Shown: positions 28,511 through 37,590 of the stretch, in pieces
Position numbering within the stretch: position 1 is the stretch's first letter
How the letters are laid out: every line of letters starts with the position of its first letter
The notes under the pieces: model-generated
Told to the model about the DNA's origin: nothing
Database searches by the model: none
The model's input: the letters and a program-made list of their open reading frames with translations, nothing else
IMG/VR virus record: IMGVR_UViG_3300043446_003193
Location: 62,001 to 126,000 of that record
Strand: one strand, 5' to 3'
Length of the DNA stretch: 64,000 nucleotides
Made by a program: the position numbers and the translations under genes

Positions 28511-29959
28511 TTATTTTAATCCAACTTTTCCACCAGATACTGTAATTTCTGCTAAATCTTCTACTTCTTGTAATTTATCTTTTGGAGTAGGTTTTGTTTT
28601 TTCAGATAAAGTATCATTTACAACACTTTGATCATCTAAAGTTCTAAAATTGTAACCAAATACTTTTTTACCTTTGATATCTGTTATATTATAATTATTT
28701 ATACTTTCAATTATTTTCATTCCAAATTGAACATTTATAACATTTGGTAATAATTCTATCGCACCATCTGCAGTTGTTGATGTTGTCCATGCAGTAGTAT
28801 CATCTACTGAAAAAGATAATGTATCTACTATTCCAAGTATATCCGAATATAATGATTTAATACTCAATCTAATAAAATTAGGTGCAAACATAACTTGTCC
28901 ACTATCTAACGATATTGAATTTGAGTATTTGGTTTGAACTAATTCTCTAAATGGATATGCCAATTTTGTTAAATATTCTAATTTTTCAACTAAACTTTGT
29001 TTTGATGCTCTATCGTAATAATATAATTTAAAATCAAAAGTTAAACTTCTTTCAACTCCACCATAAGTGTATACTTTAAAAGGAGAACCTAAAAATTTAT
29101 AATCTTGTATTTCAGGTGATACTGTTTCATTCAATCCACTAATAGTTGCATTAAAAAACATTGCCTTTGGTTCACCTAATACATGTATTTTTATATATGA
29201 TGTTGATGATTCAATTAATTTTGTTTCTGTTTTACTGTCAATTGGGGTTGATGAAATATTACTATTCATTATTAATTCATTCAAATCATCCCAATTATTA
29301 CTGGTTTCATCCCTTTCTTTTAATTTTATTTGAACATATTCTTCTCTACCGGTGTATTTGTTTGTTATTCTATCATATACAGGATAATGTGGTATTGATT
29401 TTCCACCGTTAGTAGCATAAAATGTTTTTGTTTTATCAATTTTTTTACCAAATCTATCTTCTTGATATTTTGCTCCGTATTCTGAGTTTTTTTCTTGACT
29501 TCTTGCTTTTAAATCATCTTTTAAAGTATTCAACCCTTTCTTACTTCCACCTATATTATTAATAGCACTAACTGCCGCTTGTTTTAATAATCCGGCTGGA
29601 TTAGTAGCTCCTTGTTTTAATTTAGAAAATATTGAAGCGGGTGCGGGTGATTTTTTTACAAAATATTCTGTTTCAGCTTCTACTGCGTTTTTTAATCCTT
29701 CTTTGGTTTTAAATAAAGATATTGGTTTTGCTATAAAAGTATCATTCCTAAAAATAGTATCAGATGGTCTATTTGCAGAACCACCCAATGCTCCACCTAT
29801 TTGATTACCTATTAAATCAGCTAATGCATTAGGAGAAGATGCTAATAAAGCGGCTCCTCTTGGTGGATTGATTAACCCCAAACTATTAATACGAACATTT
29901 TCTGATTTTCCGTATAATTCTTTTTGTCTACTTTTAAATAATTCTTTTATAGTCGGCAT
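28511..29959 (-). CDS. Putative tail tube initiator / baseplate protein (gp48/gp54-like C-terminal domain)
   Basis: YTYGGVERSLTFDFKLY...PNFIRLSI tube-fold-like pattern; position after the tape measure. Confidence 0.55.
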   Translation of the reverse strand: MPTIKELFKSRQKELYGKSENVRINSLGLINPPRGAALLASSPNALADLIGNQIGGALGGSANRPSDTIFRNDTFIAKPISLFKTKEGLKNAVEAETEYFVKKSPAPASIFSKLKQGATNPAGLLKQAAVSAINNIGGSKKGLNTLKDDLKARSQEKNSEYGAKYQEDRFGKKIDKTKTFYATNGGKSIPHYPVYDRITNKYTGREEYVQIKLKERDETSNNWDDLNELIMNSNISSTPIDSKTETKLIESSTSYIKIHVLGEPKAMFFNATISGLNETVSPEIQDYKFLGSPFKVYTYGGVERSLTFDFKLYYYDRASKQSLVEKLEYLTKLAYPFRELVQTKYSNSISLDSGQVMFAPNFIRLSIKSLYSDILGIVDTLSFSVDDTTAWTTSTTADGAIELLPNVINVQFGMKIIESINNYNITDIKGKKVFGYNFRTLDDQSVVNDTLSEKTKPTPKDKLQEVEDLAEITVSGGKVGLK

Positions 29960-29964
29960 CGTTA

Positions 29965-32730
29965 TTAAGGTTTAGTTTGTGAATTAGCAGTATATAGTGC
30001 TGCTGCTTTATTATACATTGCACTACTAATTTTCTTACCATCTAAGTATACTTGTGAATTTCCAGTAAAATCACTATCTGCATCAATTGCAAGTATATCT
30101 AATAATCTTGTCATTTCAAGCAACTGTGATATTATTGCTGCTCTAAATTGTTCTTCCGTTCCGTTTGCAATGGTTTCTAATTCGTTTTGTTCTTTTATTA
30201 TTCTTTGGGTTTCTGCATCCTGTTTTTTCTTTTCTTCTGCTGCTTTTAATGCCTCGTCTTGTTTTTTAGCATCTTCACTAAACCAATTATCCCAAATTCC
30301 TTTAATTCCACCTATTACCCCACCAACAGCTCCACCAACTGCAGTTCCAATTCCAGGTATAACACTTCCAATTGCTGCTCCATATCCACCATATTCCAAT
30401 GCAGTTGCACCAACTTTCATTCCTTTACCTTGATTAACTTTACTTCTATCTGCTTCTGCCATACCCTGTGCTTCTCTTTCTCCTCCAAAATAATCACCAG
30501 CCATAGATGCGGCTGTTCCGATTATTCCCGCTACACCTCCCTTTAAAATTCCCTTAGTCAATCCTTTCATAACGCCTTTAACTCCAACTTTACCTGCAGT
30601 TTGTAAACCAGTTTTTGCAACAGCACCAGCCGTTGATTTTCCGGCCTGTTGAAGTGCTAACTCTCTTGCTTCTTTACCCGCAAATCCTGCTAATATTTGT
30701 TTTTGTGAGAATTTTTTAACACCAGTTTCGGCTACTTCACTAGCTGCTTTTTTACCAAATATACTGGCTACTTTAGGTCCTGCTTTTTTAAATATCGTCT
30801 TTCCAATAGTACTTGCAAGAGCTACTCCACCTACTGCAACTAAAATGAATCCTAATGTTCTTAACATTTCACTAAGTTGAGTATTGAATTCAAGTTCTTT
30901 TTTAGCTTGTTCTGCTTTAGCTTGTGCGCTCCACATAGCATTAGCTGCTTCTGCATTTGCAAATTTTACACTTATTTCACCGGTTTTGAATTGTTGTGCA
31001 ATTCCGGTCATTATATTTGCTATATTATTTAATGACCCTAATTGTTTTTGTTGTTCAGTTTCTAATGGCCCACCTTTACCACCTTTTCCAATTTTCATTA
31101 TAGTTTCCATGTCCATTCCAGTTGCTTCTTGTAAAGACTGTCTTTGGAACATATTCAACTTATTTAAATCAATTCCTTTTAATTGCTGTTGTAATGCTTG
31201 AGCCGCTCCTGCTGCATCACCACCTGCAAATTTTTGTCTAACTTGAGAAAGGTCTACTTGTCTACCTAATAATGCCGATAACTGCATTTCTGATTTGATA
31301 CTATCTTTATAATTTAGTACCATTTTTTGTCCAGCTTGTAAAACTTTTTGTGCCGCAACTCCCATTACTCTAAGTGTTGCAACTTGTTTTATTAAACTTT
31401 GCTCATTACCATAATTATTTTGTAATAAAGCTTCAGATGATTCTGCTAAATCTTCGTATAAAGCGTTAATAGGAACACCGGTTGCTTTTGCCATACTCTC
31501 AGCCATTCCTAAAGAATTAACTGCTGCTTTTCCACTTAAATCTCCTACAATTCTAAATGTATTTGCAACACCTCCTAATTGTTCAGATGATACGCCAGTT
31601 CTTGCTGCAATCATCGCTATATCTGCTCCTGCTTCCTGTGCATTCTTTCCAGCTAATCCTAAATTATTAGATGCGAATTTTGTTGCTGCTCCAAAATCTT
31701 GTCCAGATACTCCCAATTTGGCCATTTGGGCCTGTAATGCTCCTGATATTTTTACATTTTGACCAAGATTCATTCCAACCTTTGTCAATTCTACATTAAG
31801 ATCAATAATACTTTCTTGCAACTTTTTGTTCATTTGTAATTGAACTTCAGTTGGCATTCCAAATAAAGATATTCCTTTGGCGTCAAATATAGTTTTCATC
31901 AAAGAACCTAAAGCGGCTCCTAATGCAAAAATACCACCTATCATAGTCATTTTACTAAGACCACTCAATGCATTTACTAATCCAGATGCACCTGATATTC
32001 CACCGGCTGCTTCCGCAGCAACTCCTGCTATTCCTTTTTGTAATTCTTGTACAGCCTTTTTACCCTCTGAAAACGCTTTTACCATTTCATGGGTAGAACC
32101 ACTTACGGATTTCATTTCATTGTATAACTTTTTAGCCTCTTCATTGGTTAAATCCATTGTATCAAGGAAAGAATCCATTTCTTCACCTGCATATTTTATA
32201 CGAGATGCTAATTGTTCTGCATCAATTTTGCCAGTTTTGAATTCTCTCATTGCTTTGGTGACAGTATTACTATAATCACCCATTGCTTTGTTAGCTTCTC
32301 TGGCAGCTGCTGCTCCTTCTTTTGTTTTGAATGCTTGTTTATCTAATTGTAATCCTATTTTTCCAATTAGACCTTCCATTGCGTTGAAAGCCTGTGCGGT
32401 TTTATTACTTTGACTTCTAATTAATGTCTGATTTCTAGACATTTTTTTAGCAATTGATAATGCTTCTTGAGCACCATCAACTTCTTCCTGCACTAAATCT
32501 CTAGCTTCTTTTCTTAGCTTTACTTCCTTCGTATATAGTTTTAATTTTTCAATTAAATCCTTTCTAAGAGCTTCATCTATTTTTTGTCCTTTGGCTTTTT
32601 CTACATTTAACTGTTTTAACGTGGCAAGTGTTTCCCTTTGAACATCTCCCAATGATTCATCGGTTGCATTTCCTGTTTTTGCAAACCCACCCGCTTCGTT
32701 TCTTAAAGTTGTATACTTTGATTTAGCCAT
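29965..32730 (-). CDS. Tape measure protein
   Basis: 921 aa helical Ala/Gly/Lys-rich protein with hydrophobic Gly-rich repeats; follows the tail chaperone. Confidence 0.8.
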   Translation of the reverse strand: MAKSKYTTLRNEAGGFAKTGNATDESLGDVQRETLATLKQLNVEKAKGQKIDEALRKDLIEKLKLYTKEVKLRKEARDLVQEEVDGAQEALSIAKKMSRNQTLIRSQSNKTAQAFNAMEGLIGKIGLQLDKQAFKTKEGAAAAREANKAMGDYSNTVTKAMREFKTGKIDAEQLASRIKYAGEEMDSFLDTMDLTNEEAKKLYNEMKSVSGSTHEMVKAFSEGKKAVQELQKGIAGVAAEAAGGISGASGLVNALSGLSKMTMIGGIFALGAALGSLMKTIFDAKGISLFGMPTEVQLQMNKKLQESIIDLNVELTKVGMNLGQNVKISGALQAQMAKLGVSGQDFGAATKFASNNLGLAGKNAQEAGADIAMIAARTGVSSEQLGGVANTFRIVGDLSGKAAVNSLGMAESMAKATGVPINALYEDLAESSEALLQNNYGNEQSLIKQVATLRVMGVAAQKVLQAGQKMVLNYKDSIKSEMQLSALLGRQVDLSQVRQKFAGGDAAGAAQALQQQLKGIDLNKLNMFQRQSLQEATGMDMETIMKIGKGGKGGPLETEQQKQLGSLNNIANIMTGIAQQFKTGEISVKFANAEAANAMWSAQAKAEQAKKELEFNTQLSEMLRTLGFILVAVGGVALASTIGKTIFKKAGPKVASIFGKKAASEVAETGVKKFSQKQILAGFAGKEARELALQQAGKSTAGAVAKTGLQTAGKVGVKGVMKGLTKGILKGGVAGIIGTAASMAGDYFGGEREAQGMAEADRSKVNQGKGMKVGATALEYGGYGAAIGSVIPGIGTAVGGAVGGVIGGIKGIWDNWFSEDAKKQDEALKAAEEKKKQDAETQRIIKEQNELETIANGTEEQFRAAIISQLLEMTRLLDILAIDADSDFTGNSQVYLDGKKISSAMYNKAAALYTANSQTKP

Positions 32731-32742
32731 TTATAAAAGATA

Positions 32743-32982
32743 TTATTTTATATCATTAACATCTATACCTTTACTTTTTAAATAAGGTTTAGCTGTTTTA
32801 TCAACATCTTTTTCTATATCAGCAATGTGTTGGTCAAATTTTTTCCAAACATTTTTTAATGATGGATATTTTTTGAATGTTCTTTCAATCCAACCATCTT
32901 GTTGATTTTTTGATTTATTTTTATAATAATCAACAAATAAATCTGTAAAATCTTCAAATTCTTTTAATGTAATTTTGGACAT
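32743..32982 (-). CDS. Hypothetical protein
   Basis: 79 aa ORF with its own upstream TATTTATA motif. Confidence 0.6.
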   Translation of the reverse strand: MSKITLKEFEDFTDLFVDYYKNKSKNQQDGWIERTFKKYPSLKNVWKKFDQHIADIEKDVDKTAKPYLKSKGIDVNDIK

Positions 32983-33026
32983 AGTTATAGTTTTCTATTT
33001 CATATAAATATAAAATAAGTAATTAA

Positions 33027-33245
33027 TTATCGCCTTTTCCCTGCTTTGTTATTTGTATTAACCTTTTTAAGAGATTCTGATTCTGATTTTTTAGTTTCTA
33101 ACAACTTATTAAAATAGAATTTTCTAAATTTGACGGGCATATTATACACATCACCCCAACTAAACCCACCATTAGAGTAATATAATAAATCAAAAATCTC
33201 CGTATGAAGTATTACCGAATAATTAGATGGAAGGGTAAAAAAAGT
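33027..33245 (-). CDS. gp51-like / tail chaperone C-terminal extension, probably reached by frameshift
   Basis: LHTEIFDLLYYSNGGFSWGDVYNMP ORF in the +1 frame overlapping the chaperone end; no ATG upstream of this segment. Confidence 0.6.
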   Translation of the reverse strand, partial: TFFTLPSNYSVILHTEIFDLLYYSNGGFSWGDVYNMPVKFRKFYFNKLLETKKSESESLKKVNTNNKAGKRR

Positions 33246-34059
33246 CAAGTCCGAATGGGACTTGGAGAGCCTCCTTCTCACCGGTAATAGGGCTTACATA
33301 ATCAAATGTAAAATCAATATCAGGAGTGATATCTTTAATGTGATTTCTAAATACTCTTGAATCCGATGCTAAAAATTGATTATTAACAAATTTTGCAATT
33401 GTACCCAAATCTCTTTCACCATTAACTGATGTAATGATGTATCTCAATCTGGTTGTAATTTCTGATGTGTTATCTTTGTTAATCTTAGAAATTGCATTTA
33501 AATCTGCATCAATTTTCTTTTCTAAACCATGAGTTAATAATTGATAAGTCAATTTTGTACCATTCTTTAAAGTGAATTCGTACTCATTGTTTCTGTTTAA
33601 TCTACTGAAGTCAATTTCTTTTGTTTTCAATTGACTCATATCAACTGTATAATTAACAACATCTTCCGTAATTGGGTCTGTTATTTGGACTGTATAATCT
33701 GGACCATATGATAGAACTCTACTAGCAATTAAGATAGCATTCTTATCACCAATTAAAAGGTCATCTGCTTTAACACCATCTTCAATTACTACTGCTTCTA
33801 ATAATTTATCTAAAAGAATTCCTTTTTTAATTAAATTAGGAGATGCAAGAATATCTTCTTCTTTTGCAGTCATTAATTTAATTGTAACTTCACCTTTAGA
33901 TAATGGATGACCTTCTGGATAACCCAACCCTTGAGATGGTAAGGTAATTGTTTCGGTTGGGAAATCGTATGATTTTTTAGGTGTAGATGAAACGGATGGG
34001 GTAGTTTGTGTAGTTGCACCCAATCCTCTTGTAACTTGTTGTTCAATATTTTCGCTCAT
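33223..34059 (-). CDS. Tail/baseplate assembly chaperone (T4 gp26-like)
   Basis: LPSQG...MTAKEEDIL...LLIGDKNAILIASR pattern; between tube and tape measure. Confidence 0.7.
   Translation of the reverse strand: MSENIEQQVTRGLGATTQTTPSVSSTPKKSYDFPTETITLPSQGLGYPEGHPLSKGEVTIKLMTAKEEDILASPNLIKKGILLDKLLEAVVIEDGVKADDLLIGDKNAILIASRVLSYGPDYTVQITDPITEDVVNYTVDMSQLKTKEIDFSRLNRNNEYEFTLKNGTKLTYQLLTHGLEKKIDADLNAISKINKDNTSEITTRLRYIITSVNGERDLGTIAKFVNNQFLASDSRVFRNHIKDITPDIDFTFDYVSPITGEKEALQVPFGLDFFYPSI
33237..33264 (-). other. Hairpin (CAAGTCC-CATTC-GGACTTG) followed by a T7 run
   Basis: Perfect 7 bp stem ending 2 nt before TTT TTT T at the junction of two overlapping frames. Confidence 0.7.
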
Positions 34060-34097
34060 AATATAACTTTGTGTTTAATAATATATATACACTTTTT

Positions 34098-34136
34098 AAA
34101 AAAATAAAAGGGGATATCATTTCTGATTCCCCTTTT
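34098..34136 (-). terminator. Intrinsic terminator after the tail tube gene
   Basis: AAAAGGGGAATCA-GAAA-TGATATCCCCTTTT stem (one bulge, GNRA loop) followed by ATTTTTTT. Confidence 0.8.
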
Positions 34137-34159
34137 ACATCTGTATCTCTTTACTAAAA

Positions 34160-34648
34160 TTAGTACTCTAAAATTGCGTAGTCGTATGCCAAAGTTAATT
34201 CAATTGATAACGGGTCGTTAGAAGCCCAATCCAATTCACCAAAGTTTGCTTGAGTGATAAATGCTCCTTTTAATGTCCATTGCTCAATCTTATCACCAAC
34301 TGGTCCTAATAAGTAGAAAGTAACATCTTTCTTATAGAAAGCTGCATAACCATCTCTACCTGTCAAAGATTCATGTGATTGACGAACCCACTCCATAACT
34401 TGCTGTGCTCCTGATGGAACGATTGGGTCATAAAGAGTAATGTTTACATCATCCCAAGTTGATTTTCCTTTAATCTTTCTCTTCACGTTGATGTGGTCTA
34501 ACTCAACTACTTCAGAAGTGAAAGTTGGTCTATTTGCTGTTTTGATAATGTATGATTCAATACCATTGATTTCCATAATGAATCTGTTACCAAGTTTTGG
34601 TTCAAAATTCTTATAAAACATCTTATCAAACTCTAATATTTCTGGCAT
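34160..34648 (-). CDS. gp19: Tail tube protein (T4 gp19-like)
   Basis: NRFIMEI...RPTF...LYDPI...QWTLKGAF...LTLAYDYA; follows the sheath. Confidence 0.9.
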   Translation of the reverse strand: MPEILEFDKMFYKNFEPKLGNRFIMEINGIESYIIKTANRPTFTSEVVELDHINVKRKIKGKSTWDDVNITLYDPIVPSGAQQVMEWVRQSHESLTGRDGYAAFYKKDVTFYLLGPVGDKIEQWTLKGAFITQANFGELDWASNDPLSIELTLAYDYAILEY

Positions 34649-34695
34649 TTTACTTTATTTTTATGTTGTTCTTTTATAAATATCTATTTTTCAAA

Positions 34696-36936
34696 TTATC
34701 CGTTAAAACTTGCACCAGTTGGTAAGATGTTGAAATCAATTTGAATGAATTCAGCTGTCTTAGTTGGTTGTAAGAAGATAGCTCCTTTCATAATGTTTCT
34801 ATCAATTACATCTGGTGTGTTGTTTGTATCATCCATTACAACTCTGAAAGCGTATAAACCTTGTCTTTGTTGGATTGATTCTAAGTAAGGATTAACAATG
34901 TTTAAGAATCTGTTTCTAGTTTCAGAAGTATTTTGTTCAAATACTAAATATCTTGAAGTAGAAGCGATGTACTTTCTAACAGTTAATAATAATCTTCTTA
35001 CATTGATTCTATCTAATGCAGATGGTTTATCTTGTAATGTTTTTTGTCCGAATACTACGATTCCTTGACCAGGGAACTGAACGATTGGGTTTACCTTTCC
35101 TTCGTATAATGTATCTTTTTCAGATTGAGTTAATCTATTCAATACACTTACTGCTCCTGTCAAACCACCTCTATTCAAACCTGCTGGTGCGAACCATTCT
35201 GCTGCTACTCTATCGTTTGCCGCAAATACGCCAGGTAATAATACTGATGGTGGAACTGTGATTAATTTGTTTGTGTTTACATCAATTGTTTTAATCCAAG
35301 GGTAGTAGAAAGCCGCGTAGTTAGAATCAACTTCACCTGCTTTAGTTACAGTTGTACTTAATGAATCGTTTGAACTACCTGCATCTGCAATATAAAATGC
35401 GTCAGCTCTTTCTTCAACCATATCCAAAATATCTGTAAATACTACATTGTGATTATTCTTATTGATACCAGGTGCTACAATCATATTGATATCCCACTCA
35501 TCTGCATTTGATAATGCTGCGATTTGTTTACCATATGCTACTGAACCACTTGCAGTTGATGTAGAACAATCAAGACCTTGTGTGTTGCTTGGTGTGATAT
35601 CAGAACCTTTGTAGATTGGAGTTGCTGGTGATTGACCATCAAATCCTTCTTGGAAACCTACTAAGAATTGTGCTACTGTTGAACCTACTGCCAATGAACC
35701 TCCGTTAGATGCATCCAATCCAAATACTGAATTTGAACCAGTTGTTGCTCCGTTAGGAATTGGTTTTAAGTAGATTTTGTTATCATCTTTAGTTACTGTT
35801 GTATCTAAATCAATACCACCATATTGTGTTGAACTTGCTGCTAAATAAACTACTGAAGGGATATTTGCTACTTGCAATGCCGAACCACTTACTGGTAATT
35901 GGTATGCAGAGTGTGCAAATGGTACTGCTTGAATTGGTGCGTTTTCGTTTAAGTTTGCAACTCTAATATATTTTGAGTTGTTTACCCAATCACCAGTTTC
36001 AGAAATTTTACCACTAGCATCAATTGATAACTTTCTATCACCAATTACTCTACTAATAAAGTTAGGAGAGTTAGGGTCTAAAGTTATATTAGCAAATGTT
36101 TCTAATACATTTTTCTTTTTATTTGTATCAGCAAATGCTCTTACTACTACTGTAAATGTACCATAATCAGTACCATTTACAGAACCTGCTGCTTTAATAT
36201 TTGTGATACCAACTTTTACTTTTGTATTTGCTGCATTACCTGCACCGATTGTTTCAAAATTGAAAAGAGAATGTCTTTCACCACTAATAGTTTGAGATAA
36301 AATAGTTGGAGTAGAAGCTTCTTGAGCATCAAATCCGAAATCTTGATCACCTAATGCTACAACACTTGCAGTTGCATTGCTATCCAAAGTAACACCGTGT
36401 CCTTTGAATAAACCATAAACATATCCACCTTTTGAACCGAATGGAGATGTACCAAATAATGCTTCAACATTATTAGTATCTTCACTATCTAAAGATGATG
36501 TACCAACAAATCCTAATTCAGAACCAGTGATAATAAAATCACCATTACCTAAGTTAGTAATAGTTGTTCCTGTAAATCCAGTTGAATCAGTATCTGTATT
36601 AAAGATGATACCAACTGATGCAGTTACACTACCACTTGCTACTGTAAATAATAAAGGATTTTGTTCAGTATATCCACCGATACCTGCTACTCTACAAATT
36701 GTTGCTGTACCTGCTTCTCTTAAATAGTTTTGAACTGCTAAAGGAGTATAATAAGTGTCATCAACATTTCCGAACAATGTTTCAAATTCTGATTGAGAGT
36801 TTACAATTGTTGGAACTAACGGTCCTTCTTTGAAAGGTCCGATGAATGCTGCACCGATTTCAGCTACACCTTGTTGTAAAAATGATAGGTCGTTTTCCTT
36901 TGTGAATACGCCTGGTGATACTATTTTCTCTGCCAT
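34696..36936 (-). CDS. gp18: Contractile tail sheath protein (T4 gp18-like)
   Basis: SPGVFTKE N-terminus; WFAPAGLNRG, GQKTLQ, DRINVRRLL, PTKTAEFI. Confidence 0.95.
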   Translation of the reverse strand: MAEKIVSPGVFTKENDLSFLQQGVAEIGAAFIGPFKEGPLVPTIVNSQSEFETLFGNVDDTYYTPLAVQNYLREAGTATICRVAGIGGYTEQNPLLFTVASGSVTASVGIIFNTDTDSTGFTGTTITNLGNGDFIITGSELGFVGTSSLDSEDTNNVEALFGTSPFGSKGGYVYGLFKGHGVTLDSNATASVVALGDQDFGFDAQEASTPTILSQTISGERHSLFNFETIGAGNAANTKVKVGITNIKAAGSVNGTDYGTFTVVVRAFADTNKKKNVLETFANITLDPNSPNFISRVIGDRKLSIDASGKISETGDWVNNSKYIRVANLNENAPIQAVPFAHSAYQLPVSGSALQVANIPSVVYLAASSTQYGGIDLDTTVTKDDNKIYLKPIPNGATTGSNSVFGLDASNGGSLAVGSTVAQFLVGFQEGFDGQSPATPIYKGSDITPSNTQGLDCSTSTASGSVAYGKQIAALSNADEWDINMIVAPGINKNNHNVVFTDILDMVEERADAFYIADAGSSNDSLSTTVTKAGEVDSNYAAFYYPWIKTIDVNTNKLITVPPSVLLPGVFAANDRVAAEWFAPAGLNRGGLTGAVSVLNRLTQSEKDTLYEGKVNPIVQFPGQGIVVFGQKTLQDKPSALDRINVRRLLLTVRKYIASTSRYLVFEQNTSETRNRFLNIVNPYLESIQQRQGLYAFRVVMDDTNNTPDVIDRNIMKGAIFLQPTKTAEFIQIDFNILPTGASFNG

Positions 36937-36982
36937 TTTATATGCTTTAATTTAAATTTATTAATTCTCAATATAAATATAA

Positions 36983-37024
36983 ATTAAAAGTTCAAAACAT
37001 TTATTTATGTAATGAACTTTTAAT
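36983..37024. repeat. Perfect 12 bp inverted repeat upstream of the sheath gene
   Basis: ATTAAAAGTTCA-N18-TGAACTTTTAAT. Confidence 0.75.
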
Positions 37025-37054
37025 CTAAAAGGGAATTATATGTGGTGTAAACTA

Positions 37055-37513
37055 CTATTCAGTAGGTGCTTTCACTAATTTGAAGAATACATTTAAGTTT
37101 CCTTCAGTTTCTACATTTGCCAATTCTGATAATTCAAATGGACGGTATTCAATTTCTTTCTCTTCTGATAATAATTTATCGTACTCTTGATTAAATTCAA
37201 TAAAGTTTGAAGTTAATGAACGAGAAATAACATTTCCTTCTTCATCTTTTACTTCGTCGTACATTTTGATGAAAACTTGTCCATCTTCTTCCGTACCTAA
37301 CTTTTTGATTAATTCTTCTCTTAATTTTTCAACGCTTTCTTTTTCAGTTGCAACTTTCTTTCCTAATTCGTTTAACCAGAATTTAGCAACTAATGAAAGT
37401 TTTTCGTTTAATAAACCTTTTGATGTAACTTCTCCTGTTTGTTGATTTTTAACACCGAATAATTCTGCTTCCAATGTTAAGAATTCATGTAACTTAAGAC
37501 TAATTTTTTCCAT
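37055..37513 (-). CDS. Hypothetical acidic protein, possible fibre chaperone
   Basis: 152 aa, Glu/Lys-rich; lies between the fibre array and the sheath. Confidence 0.6.
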   Translation of the reverse strand: MEKISLKLHEFLTLEAELFGVKNQQTGEVTSKGLLNEKLSLVAKFWLNELGKKVATEKESVEKLREELIKKLGTEEDGQVFIKMYDEVKDEEGNVISRSLTSNFIEFNQEYDKLLSEEKEIEYRPFELSELANVETEGNLNVFFKLVKAPTE

Positions 37514-37590
37514 AATTCAATTTTAGTTTTGTTTTGTTTGTATATAAATATATATTGTAATTTTTTTTGAAAAATGTACTTTATTATTTA

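Noticed and set aside
33271-33277. AAGGAGG as a Shine-Dalgarno or frameshift stimulator
   Set aside because: About 21 nt from the nearest TTG and about 26 nt from the T-run, too far for either role; other genes here lack SD sites.
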